A DNA stretch of 57,776 nt. Source: Candidatus Cloacimonadota bacterium. Its GTDB lineage: Bacteria > Cloacimonadota > Cloacimonadia > Cloacimonadales > WRIO01. Position 1 is the stretch's first letter; each line of letters begins with the position of its first letter. A program made the position numbers and the translations under genes. The stretch spans positions 1-57,776 of the forward strand of contig JAKQQL010000149.1 in NCBI GenBank assembly GCA_029564175.1, read 5' to 3'. The notes beneath the pieces are model-generated. The model searched no databases. It was not told where the DNA came from and saw only the letters and a list, made by a program, of their open reading frames with translations. Shown here piece by piece: positions 1 through 7,594 of this stretch.

Positions 1-8
1 TGATGTCT

Positions 9-235
9 GGGCTAAAGCCCCTAATCGTGCTTTTGATTGCATGCAGTACAATTGCGGATTTACGGCGCTTCGCTTCGCAAATCCCTACAGACCCTTTTAT
101 GTTGTATGTCCATGCGATGACTACAACCACACAAAACCCAGTAGCGTAGCTCTGACATCTTCGTAGCAATGACACCCACGAAATCCAGGGGCAAAGCCCT
201 GTGATTTTAGTAGTTATCAGGGCTTACACCTCTGC
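9..235. repeat. Cluster of REP-like short palindromes
   Basis: GGGCTAAAGCCC (9-20). TGCAGTAC..GCGGATTTACGGCGCTTCGCTTCGCAAATCCCTAC (42-88) is an inverted copy of 33596-33652. Two hairpin + ~10 nt + GTAG units at ~140-166 and ~186-213. Confidence 0.65.
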
Positions 236-305
236 TCCTGTTGTCTTTATTAATTCCTGCTTGACAATATTTTGGAGACTTGTAATCATGTCATAAGGAG
301 AGATT

Positions 306-2075
306 ATGGATAAGATAAAAAGAATACCTTATGGGCTAAGCGACTTTGAGGCTGTAAATAGCAAAAATGAATACTATATTGATAAAACCATGTTCATTCC
401 TGAATTGGAAAAAACCAGATTTGTTTTTCTCATCAGACCCCGCCGATTTGGGAAATCTCTTTTTTTAAGTACATTGCAGGCTTATTATGATATTAAATAT
501 AAAGACCGGTTTGAAGAGCTATACAGAGAGACATGGATACTTAGCAATCCTACCAGTGAAAGAGGAAAATACTTAGCATTATATTTTAATTTTTCTGCCG
601 TTTTAAAAGATAAAGACAAAGTACAGGATGATTTTAACAACTACTGCCTGATTGTATTGGATAAATTTATTTACAAATACAGAGATTATCTTCCTCAAAG
701 ACTTCACGATAAAATTTCTCTGGTAAGTTCAGCTCATGAAAAATTACATGTCATAGCAACTGAGCTTTCTGAAGAAGATTATAAAATATATCTTTTCATA
801 GACGAATATGATAACTTTACCAACACCCTGCTGACTGATTTTGGCGAAGGGGAATATAAAAAAATTACCCGACAGGCAGGTTATTTCAAGCAGTTTTTTA
901 CCAATCTGAAATTGCTAACTTCTGGTATAGGCTCTGGACTTGCCAGGATGTTCATTACCGGAGTATCGCCGGTTACTATGGATGATGTGACCAGCGGATT
1001 TAATCTGGGCGATAATATTTCCATATCTCCGGCATTTAATAATCTCTTAGGCTTTACAGAAACAGATGTGAATGCCATTTTGGATTATTATATCTCGGTA
1101 GGAGAACTTCAAGTTGACAAAGAAGAATCCTTAGAAACCATGAAAAAATGGTATAATCATTATCAGTTTTCAAAAAAAGGTCAAGAGTGTGTATATAATA
1201 CGGATGCTGTTTTGTATTTTTTAAAAGAAGCTATTCGATCAAAAGAAATCCCCTCCAATCTCATAGATGATAATCTTCGGATGGATTATGGAAAACTGCA
1301 ATATCTTATTTTGAAAGACAAAGAACTAAACGGTAACTTTCAGAAACTATCCGATATTATCAGAGATAACGGAATAGAATCAAACATAAAAACCAGCTTT
1401 CCTTTTGATAAAATCACTCATAAAGAGAATTTCATTTCTCTCCTGTATTTTTTTGGTTTGCTTACCTATTCTGATAAGACAACTTCCAATCTGCCTTTCT
1501 TATGCATCCCCAATGAAACGATCAGACAAATGATTTTTGAATACATCAGAAACTCTTTTGAAGAGGCTTATGATTTCTCTTTAGATATTTACGAATTACT
1601 TTTGTTAATCAGGGATATGGCATTTAAAGGCACATTTAAACCCGCCTTTGAATTTATCGAAAGCGAAATAAAAAAACAGACTTCTCTCAGAGATTTTATT
1701 GATGGTGAGAGTATTGTAAAAACATTCTATCTGTCTTATCTGAATATCTATGATTTCTATATCTCAGCCTCTGAAGAAGAAATGAATAAGGGTTACGCTG
1801 ACCTCATCATGAAGCCTTTTTACATCAAGTACAAAGACATCAAATTTGCTTATCTGATTGAACTGAAATATATTAAAAGAAGTATCAAAGATACAGAATT
1901 TGATGACCTCCTACAACAGAAAATTAAGGAAGCTAAACACCAGCTTGATCAATACGCTGAAGATGAATATGAACGTCAGATGCTGGGTCTGCCTCCTTTT
2001 GGAAAGGTTACTCTGAAAAAAGTCATTATCGTCTTTCATGGCTGGGAGCTGGCTTATTGTGAGGAACATATTTAA
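306..2075 (+). CDS. AAA-ATPase-like domain protein with C-terminal PD-(D/E)XK nuclease domain
   Basis: N-terminal IPYGLSDF..YYIDKT; Walker A-like RPRRFGKS; Walker B LFIDEYD; FITGVSP; C-terminal GYADL...LIELK nuclease motif; SD AAGGAG upstream. Confidence 0.88.
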   Translation: MDKIKRIPYGLSDFEAVNSKNEYYIDKTMFIPELEKTRFVFLIRPRRFGKSLFLSTLQAYYDIKYKDRFEELYRETWILSNPTSERGKYLALYFNFSAVLKDKDKVQDDFNNYCLIVLDKFIYKYRDYLPQRLHDKISLVSSAHEKLHVIATELSEEDYKIYLFIDEYDNFTNTLLTDFGEGEYKKITRQAGYFKQFFTNLKLLTSGIGSGLARMFITGVSPVTMDDVTSGFNLGDNISISPAFNNLLGFTETDVNAILDYYISVGELQVDKEESLETMKKWYNHYQFSKKGQECVYNTDAVLYFLKEAIRSKEIPSNLIDDNLRMDYGKLQYLILKDKELNGNFQKLSDIIRDNGIESNIKTSFPFDKITHKENFISLLYFFGLLTYSDKTTSNLPFLCIPNETIRQMIFEYIRNSFEEAYDFSLDIYELLLLIRDMAFKGTFKPAFEFIESEIKKQTSLRDFIDGESIVKTFYLSYLNIYDFYISASEEEMNKGYADLIMKPFYIKYKDIKFAYLIELKYIKRSIKDTEFDDLLQQKIKEAKHQLDQYAEDEYERQMLGLPPFGKVTLKKVIIVFHGWELAYCEEHI

Positions 2076-2351
2076 AATTCTTATAACCTATTGTAATGTA
2101 CAAAAAAAAAGGCATAAACATCGTTCATCCCGAATATTTTTATTGACAATATTTTTGTAATTTCATTTTTTGTAAAAAATAAGAATATTGAGAGGTAAAT
2201 ATAACATCATTCTGATTTTTTATAACAACTAGAACTGACTTTTTATATGCACGGATTTGATTTAAAAGAAAAAAGATTTAACACTTTGAAGAACTTATAA
2301 TTCAAGGTTTTAAAAATACACTATAAAGTGAAGATAAAAAAGGAGAAAAAA

Positions 2352-2888
2352 ATGGTATTTATACGTCACTCAAAAAGCAATTTTTTTAAAGTTTTATTAA
2401 CCCTTTCATTGTTGTTAACGTTCAGTCTGGGTTTTGCTCAGCACTGTCAAAATGAAGTGAAAGAAGATGAACAGGTCGCAATTAAAAAAGTGGTTTTAAT
2501 GAACAGTACTCAGATTGCCGCTCAGGGATTAGGTTCCATCATTGCCAATCTGCCCCAGGCAGAAAAGATTAAAATGTGCCGTAAATTTATCAAATCCATC
2601 CGCTTTTTTGATGATAAGTCCGGTTACTTTTACATTTATGCTTTAGATGGTACCAATATCGCACATGCCACTCAACCTGACTTTGAAGGTAAAAACCTTA
2701 TGAATATTAAAGACAGTCGTGGTAATCTCAGTTTACAAGAATCTATAAAATGCTTAAAAGAAAAGAAATTTGGCGTTATCAATTTTGAAAACCCAAATAC
2801 AAAAAAAGAAGAAAAGAAAATCATCTTCGCTGAAATGATTCCTGGAACAGATTATTTTATCGGATCAGGTTTTTACTTAGATAAATAA
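2352..2888 (+). CDS. Secreted single Cache domain protein
   Basis: Signal peptide (VLLTLSLLLTFSLGFAQ); sCache motif GYFYIY..DGTNIAH...GKNL.NIKDSRG; C-terminal IGSGFY. ATG 2352 follows AGGAG (ORF track opens at 2328). Confidence 0.8.
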   Translation: MVFIRHSKSNFFKVLLTLSLLLTFSLGFAQHCQNEVKEDEQVAIKKVVLMNSTQIAAQGLGSIIANLPQAEKIKMCRKFIKSIRFFDDKSGYFYIYALDGTNIAHATQPDFEGKNLMNIKDSRGNLSLQESIKCLKEKKFGVINFENPNTKKEEKKIIFAEMIPGTDYFIGSGFYLDK

Positions 2889-2907
2889 TCATTTTCTTAA
2901 AATTATG

Positions 2908-2938
2908 AAGAGGATTTGCATTATGCAAATCCTCTTTT
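2908..2938 (+). terminator. Intrinsic terminator
   Basis: AAGAGGATTTGCA-TTA-TGCAAATCCTCTT followed by T residues, just after the Cache gene. Confidence 0.8.
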
Positions 2939-3133
2939 ATTATGACGAATTTTCAATATCATTAATTTTGTTCTGTCTTGTATTATATCTGTCAAATTAA
3001 TTATCATTCTCAATAATTCAGAAATTCTCCCTGAATGCTCCCTGTTTCTCCCTCTTTGATTCCTATTCCAAACCTATTCAACTTCGCAGTCAAAATGAAA
3101 ATAAATAAGAAGTGAATCGTAGTAAAAAAAGAG

Positions 3134-3166
3134 GTTTTCTACAGGATAGATAAGGGAATCATATGA
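3134..3166. repeat. 33-bp dispersed repeat, copy 1
   Basis: GTTTTCTACAGGATAGATAAGGGAATCATATGA matches the reverse complement of 34078-34110 at 31/33 positions. Confidence 0.75.
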
Positions 3167-3223
3167 ATATAATAAGAATATTTTCCGTAATTTTAATAGA
3201 TTTCAAGACATTTGAATCAATCC

Positions 3224-3304
3224 AATCAACCCCTTTCGGGGTGACAGGATTGTAGAAATGATGTTTCATCAGAATCAAACCCCAACGGGGTGACAGGATT
3301 GTAG
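3224..3304 (+). repeat. REP doublet (family 1), left 81-bp direct repeat
   Basis: Two tandem AACCCC-N3-CGGGGTGACAGGATTGTAG-type units; 74/81 identical to 4225-4305 by manual alignment. Confidence 0.9.
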
Positions 3305-3338
3305 AAATGACATGATTACACAATATTTAAAAAAGTGT

Positions 3339-3367
3339 TTGACAATATGTAAAAGTCCGAATAAGAT
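3339..3367 (+). promoter_or_regulatory. Sigma70-type promoter of HEPN/MNT pair
   Basis: TTGACA (3339-3344), 17 bp spacer, TAAGAT (3362-3367). Confidence 0.6.
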
Positions 3368-3446
3368 GATTTTATTAATGTAAATAGCATCAGTATTGAG
3401 GGTATTTCCTTATACTTAAAAAGATCAGATTTTACAGGAGAACTAA

Positions 3447-3863
3447 ATGGAGCAGGATATTAGATGGATTCAACGCTTAAGTAATTACGAAAAAGCGTTT
3501 AATAATTTGTCAAAAGCAGTTGAACTGGCTACAGTAAGAGACCTGAGTGACCTGGAAAAACAGGGATTAATACAATCATTTGAGTTTACTTTTGAATTAG
3601 CATGGAATGTTATTAAAGATTTCTTTGAAAATCAGGGAGAGACATCGATATATGGCAGTAAAGATGCCTTTAGAATGGCTTTTAGAAGAGGACTGATCAC
3701 TAAAGGCGATTATTTGATGGAATCCATTAAAAGTCGTCAGCTTACCAGTCATACCTATCACGAAGAAACTGCCAATAAAATCTATCATAATATCATTGAT
3801 AAATATCATGAAGCTTTTGAAGAGCTTTTGATTGTTTTAAAAAGAGAAGCAGGAAAAAATTAA
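3447..3863 (+). CDS. HEPN-family toxin / nucleotidyltransferase substrate-binding protein (HI0074-like)
   Basis: RW.QRL.NY.KA start; GLIQSFEFTFELAW; RxxxxH motif RQLTSH(TY); abuts MNT gene. Confidence 0.88.
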   Translation: MEQDIRWIQRLSNYEKAFNNLSKAVELATVRDLSDLEKQGLIQSFEFTFELAWNVIKDFFENQGETSIYGSKDAFRMAFRRGLITKGDYLMESIKSRQLTSHTYHEETANKIYHNIIDKYHEAFEELLIVLKREAGKN

Positions 3864-4193
3864 ATGTACGGTCTTGATACTGAAGTTATAAATAAAATAA
3901 ATGCCGTTTTTGAAGAGATACCGGATATAGAAAAGGTAATTCTCTATGGCTCACGGGCAAAAGGGAATTATAAAATCGGTTCTGATATCGATCTGACACT
4001 TCAGGGGCATCAGCTATCTTTGAATACGATTTATGAGTTAATGGACAAACTGGATAACTTATACCTCCCTTACAAATTTGATATATCCGTATATGATGAG
4101 ATTGATAATCCAGACCTCACAGAACATATCAAAAGAGTAGGGATTGTATTTTATGAAAGAAAAAAAAACTCCTTTCTGACAACAAGGAGATGA
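3864..4193 (+). CDS. Minimal nucleotidyltransferase (MNT) antitoxin
   Basis: LYGSRAKGNYKIGSDIDL (GS-x10-DxD); LPYKFDI; ATG directly after the HEPN stop. Confidence 0.88.
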   Translation: MYGLDTEVINKINAVFEEIPDIEKVILYGSRAKGNYKIGSDIDLTLQGHQLSLNTIYELMDKLDNLYLPYKFDISVYDEIDNPDLTEHIKRVGIVFYERKKNSFLTTRR

Positions 4194-4224
4194 GGATGCT
4201 TGGATAAGAAGAAATGTCAATCCG

Positions 4225-4305
4225 AATCAACCCCCAACGGGGTGACATGATTGTAGAATATATGTTTCATCAGAATCAAACCCCAACGGGGTGACAGGAT
4301 TGTAG
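4225..4305 (+). repeat. REP doublet (family 1), right 81-bp direct repeat
   Basis: Last 44 nt identical to 3261-3304; terminal GTAG runs into the tnpA SD (GTAGGAGGA). Confidence 0.9.
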
Positions 4306-4311
4306 GAGGAA

Positions 4312-4776
4312 ATGATGGCGAATACATTTTCACAAATTTATATCCAATATGTTTTTGCTGTAAAAGGCAGAGAAAACCTATTGCAAAAGCCTTGGCGTGA
4401 TGAGGTGTTTAAGTATATGACTGGCATTATCAAAGGGAAAGATCAAAAACCCATTATTGTAAACGGTGTTGCAGACCATGTTCATATTTTTGTTGGATGA
4501 AAACATACAATCAATATATCAGATTTGATACGTGACATCAAAAATAATTCTTCCAATTTTATAAACGAACATCGGTTCGTCATGGGAAGATTTTCCTGGC
4601 AGGAAGGATATGGTGCTTTTTCATATTCCCATTCTCAAATAGAAAATGTATATCATTATATTGCTAATCAGGAAGAGCATCATCAAAAGAAAACATTTAA
4701 AGAGGAATATATTGATTTTCTTCAAAAATTTGAAATTGAATACAACGAAAAATACCTGTTTGTATGGCTTGATTAA
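4312..4776 (+). pseudogene. tnpA: IS200/IS605-like Y1 HUH transposase (REP-associated type) with single in-frame TGA at 4498-4500
   Basis: MANTFSQIYIQYVFAVKGR; HUH motif DHVHI; frame continues past the stop (HVHIFVG*KHTINISDLIRDIK); WQEGYGAFS; catalytic YIANQEEHH. The two ORF-track pieces share one frame. Confidence 0.85.
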
Positions 4777-4780
4777 CTGA

Positions 4781-4879
4781 TTTTCTACAATCATGCCACC
4801 TTCTACAATCATGTCACCCCTTCGGGATTTGAATATTGTTTATCCATTTTTCTACAATCATGTCACCCCTTCGGGGTTT
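4781..4879 (-). repeat. Three inverted family-1 REP copies downstream of tnpA
   Basis: TTCTACAATCATGTCACCCCTTCGGG(G/A)TTT at 4801-4830 and ~4850-4879, plus a partial copy at 4781-4800; reverse complement of the upstream units. Confidence 0.88.
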
Positions 4880-4942
4880 GGATGTTGGATAATAAAATTC
4901 TGCTTGACGGATTTATCAAAATTAATTAATTGTATTTAGAAG

Positions 4943-5086
4943 AGTAAAAAGAAGCCCGTGCTTCTACCTTAGGGTCGCTCGCAGATGAAAGACTCTGCGC
5001 CTGGAACCGGTTACTACTAAGGTCATAAAGATAGTCAGAAAGTGATTATATACAGAAAAGCGGGTTATTCGTAACCCGCTTTTTTT
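4943..5086 (+). promoter_or_regulatory. L20 leader (infC leader) attenuator RNA
   Basis: AGAAGC-ccgt-GCTTCT hairpin (4950-4965); ACCTTAG(4966-72)/CTAAGGT(5017-23) helix; terminator AAAAGCGGGTTA-TTCG-TAACCCGCTTTTTTT (5056-5086); upstream of infC-rpmI-rplT; TTGACG at 4904. Confidence 0.75.
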
Positions 5087-5107
5087 ACATTATAGAGTGA
5101 ATCATCC

Positions 5108-5164
5108 GGCTACAAGCAAGATGCTTATAGTACAAATGGCTACAAGCAAGATACTTGTAGTACG
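5108..5164. repeat. REP doublet (family 2, CTACAAGC-N5-GCTTGTAG)
   Basis: GGCTACAAGCAAGATGCTTATAGTAC and GGCTACAAGCAAGATACTTGTAGTACG in tandem; same family at 7489, 33644, 40132 and 54395. Confidence 0.8.
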
Positions 5165-5187
5165 AAAAATCAGAACGGGAGGCAATT

Positions 5188-5847
5188 ATAATACGCATTC
5201 GTAAGGGCAAGTCAAAGACAAAAGCCGTCGTACCAAAAGAAAGAACAAACAAAGAAATCGACGTAGCTGAAGTTCGTCTTATTGATGAAGAGGGAAATCA
5301 AGTAGGTGTAGTCAGTATTCAGAAGGCTTTACAATTAGCTGAAGATGCTGATCTTGATCTGGTAGAAATTTCTCCAAACGCTGAACCACCAGTATGCAGA
5401 ATACTGGATTTTAGTAAATATTACTATCAAAAAGAACGTAAATCACGCGAACTTAAGAAAAAACAGCATATTGTTCAGATTAAAGAAATCAAATTTGGTC
5501 CAAATACAGATGACCATGATTACAATTTTAAAAAGAACAATGCCCTTCGCTTTTTAAAGCAACACAACAAAGTGAAATTTACCGTTAAATTCAAAGGTCG
5601 TCAGATGGCTCATAAAGAATTGGGTTACAACGTACTTGAACGTTTAGTGGAAGATTTAAAAGAGCTAGTTGATGTTGATACCAAACCAGCTTCCGAAAAA
5701 AACCTTTTAACCATGATCGTTTCTCCAAAAAAAGAAATCGATAAAATTTTGGTTAAATTAGGTCTGGTCGTTGCCGATACACCGGTTGAAATTGATCATG
5801 ACGACCTGGAAGATGATGCTGAAGAATTAATAGAAACAGAAGAATAA
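5188..5847 (+). CDS. infC: Translation initiation factor IF-3, non-AUG (AUA/AUU) start
   Basis: The frame of the 5572 ORF is open upstream and encodes IF3-N (EVRLIDEEGNQVGVV..DLDLVEISPNAEPPVCRILDF). SD GGGAGG at 5177-5182 is followed by ATT/ATA/ATA at 5185/5188/5191; no in-frame ATG in the N-terminal half. Confidence 0.92.
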   Translation: MIRIRKGKSKTKAVVPKERTNKEIDVAEVRLIDEEGNQVGVVSIQKALQLAEDADLDLVEISPNAEPPVCRILDFSKYYYQKERKSRELKKKQHIVQIKEIKFGPNTDDHDYNFKKNNALRFLKQHNKVKFTVKFKGRQMAHKELGYNVLERLVEDLKELVDVDTKPASEKNLLTMIVSPKKEIDKILVKLGLVVADTPVEIDHDDLEDDAEELIETEE

Positions 5848-5873
5848 ATCGGTCAATTCATTAAGGAGGAAAA

Positions 5874-6068
5874 ATGCCGAAAATAAAAACACATCGTGCT
5901 GCTGCAAAACGCTTCACAATTACAGGAACTAAAAAAATTAAAAGACACCATGCCGGACATTCACACATTTTGACTTCTAAAAGCCACAAGAGAAAAAAAG
6001 CTCTTGCTAAAGGCGCTTTAGTATCAAATGCAGATTATCCAAGAATCGCAAAATTATTAGGAATGTAA
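5874..6068 (+). CDS. rpmI: 50S ribosomal protein L35
   Basis: [22 protein letters not shown]; between infC and rplT. Confidence 0.97.
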   Translation: MPKIKTHRAAAKRFTITGTKKIKRHHAGHSHILTSKSHKRKKALAKGALVSNADYPRIAKLLGM

Positions 6069-6086
6069 TCAGGAAGGAGATGAACA

Positions 6087-6446
6087 ATGCCAAGATCGAC
6101 GAATAATGTAGCAAGTCACAGAAGACATAAAAAATTCCTCAAAGCAGCCAGAGGTTATTACGGTGCTAAGAGTAAATTATATCGCACCGCCCGCCAAGCC
6201 GTAGAAAAAGGTTTGGGATACGCTTATCGCGACAGAAAACAGAAAAAAAGACAATTCAGACAGTTATGGATCGTTCGTATCAATGCTGCTGCCAGAATCA
6301 ATGGTATGTCTTACAGCAATTTAATTGATGGATTAAATAAAGCAAATATCAATGTTAACAGAAAAACCCTTGCTCACTTAGCATGGCACGAACCAGCTGC
6401 TTTTACGGCTTTATGCGAAACTGCTAAATCCGCTAAAGGAAACTAA
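6087..6446 (+). CDS. rplT: 50S ribosomal protein L20
   Basis: [37 protein letters not shown]. Confidence 0.98.
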   Translation: MPRSTNNVASHRRHKKFLKAARGYYGAKSKLYRTARQAVEKGLGYAYRDRKQKKRQFRQLWIVRINAAARINGMSYSNLIDGLNKANINVNRKTLAHLAWHEPAAFTALCETAKSAKGN

Positions 6447-6448
6447 TC

Positions 6449-7483
6449 GTGGAAGAAAAATTAAATCTCATTATTGCATCCGCAGATAATGAAATTAAGG
6501 GTGCTCAGAGTATTCATGAATTGATGAACATCAAAGCCAAATATATTGGCAAAAAAAGTGAAATCATGGAAGTAATGAAAACTCTGGGCTCTTTAAGCCC
6601 TGAAAAAAGACCGGCTGTCGGTAAAATAATCAATATCGCCAAAGAAAAGATTGAGGCTTTATTAAAAGAACAGGAAGACCTGATTCGTGAAAAAGAATAT
6701 CAGAAAACCCTGCAAGACAGCAAAGTCGATCTGAGTATGCCTGGCTACACAATTCAACATGGCAGTTTACACCCCATGACAATTGTCTGGCGTGAAATTG
6801 AAGATACCTTTATCAGCATGGGTTTTGATATTGCTGAAGGTTTTGACATAGAAGATGAATATCATAACTTCGATGCCTTGAATACGCCTAAAGATCACCC
6901 TTCCAGAAATTTAGCGGATACTTTTTATATTCAGGATGATGTACTGCTCCGTACACAGACTTCCACTGTTCAAATCAGAACCATGGAAAATTATCAACCT
7001 CCTATCAGAATTATCTCTCCAGGACGCTGTTATCGTAATGATAAACCGGATGCGTCTCATTCTCCTGCTTTCCATCAGGTGGAAGCACTGGTAGTGGATG
7101 AAAATGTTACTTTCCAGGATTTACGAGACACCTTAAATACCTTTGTTAAAAAGATGTTTGGCGGTCAGATGAAATCCAGATTCAGACCCCACTTTTTCCC
7201 TTTTACAGAACCTTCAGCCGAAATTGACATTTCCTGTGTAAACTGTGGCGGTAAAGGTTGTTCCATTTGTAAAGGCTCCGGATGGCTTGAAATGGGCGGT
7301 GCCGGAATGGTTGACCCGAATGTCTTACAAATGGTTGGGATTGATTCAGAAAAATATAGCGGTTTTGCCTTTGGATTGGGCATAGACCGTATTACCATAT
7401 TAAAATACAACATACCCGGATTAAGAGTTTTATACGAAAACGACATCCGTTTTCTTAAACAGTTCAGTCAGTTAAGAAAATAG
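6449..7483 (+). CDS. pheS: Phenylalanyl-tRNA synthetase alpha subunit
   Basis: NFDALN..HPSR; LLRTQTS; FHQVE; FPFTEPS; GFAFGLGIDR. Confidence 0.98.
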   Translation: MEEKLNLIIASADNEIKGAQSIHELMNIKAKYIGKKSEIMEVMKTLGSLSPEKRPAVGKIINIAKEKIEALLKEQEDLIREKEYQKTLQDSKVDLSMPGYTIQHGSLHPMTIVWREIEDTFISMGFDIAEGFDIEDEYHNFDALNTPKDHPSRNLADTFYIQDDVLLRTQTSTVQIRTMENYQPPIRIISPGRCYRNDKPDASHSPAFHQVEALVVDENVTFQDLRDTLNTFVKKMFGGQMKSRFRPHFFPFTEPSAEIDISCVNCGGKGCSICKGSGWLEMGGAGMVDPNVLQMVGIDSEKYSGFAFGLGIDRITILKYNIPGLRVLYENDIRFLKQFSQLRK

Positions 7484-7488
7484 GATAT

Positions 7489-7542
7489 TGTAACACAAGC
7501 TGCCAGCTTGTGAAGATTGACAAGCTGGATGCTTGTCCTACA
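7489..7542. repeat. REP doublet (family 2) between pheS and pheT
   Basis: CACAAGCTGCCAGCTTGTG and GACAAGCTGGATGCTTGTCCTAC palindromes. Confidence 0.7.
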
Positions 7543-7594
7543 GCAAAGCGTGAATAGCATTGCCGGTTAAACGGCAGTATGAATGAGGAAATAA

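Noticed and set aside
3224..4879. CRISPR array interpretation of the ~30-bp repeats
   Set aside because: At most 2-3 adjacent units, the spacer is largely duplicated between doublets, orientation flips around tnpA, and there are no cas genes.
5572..5847. 91-aa ORF as a complete gene
   Set aside because: It is only the C-terminal half of infC; the frame extends to a non-AUG start near 5188.
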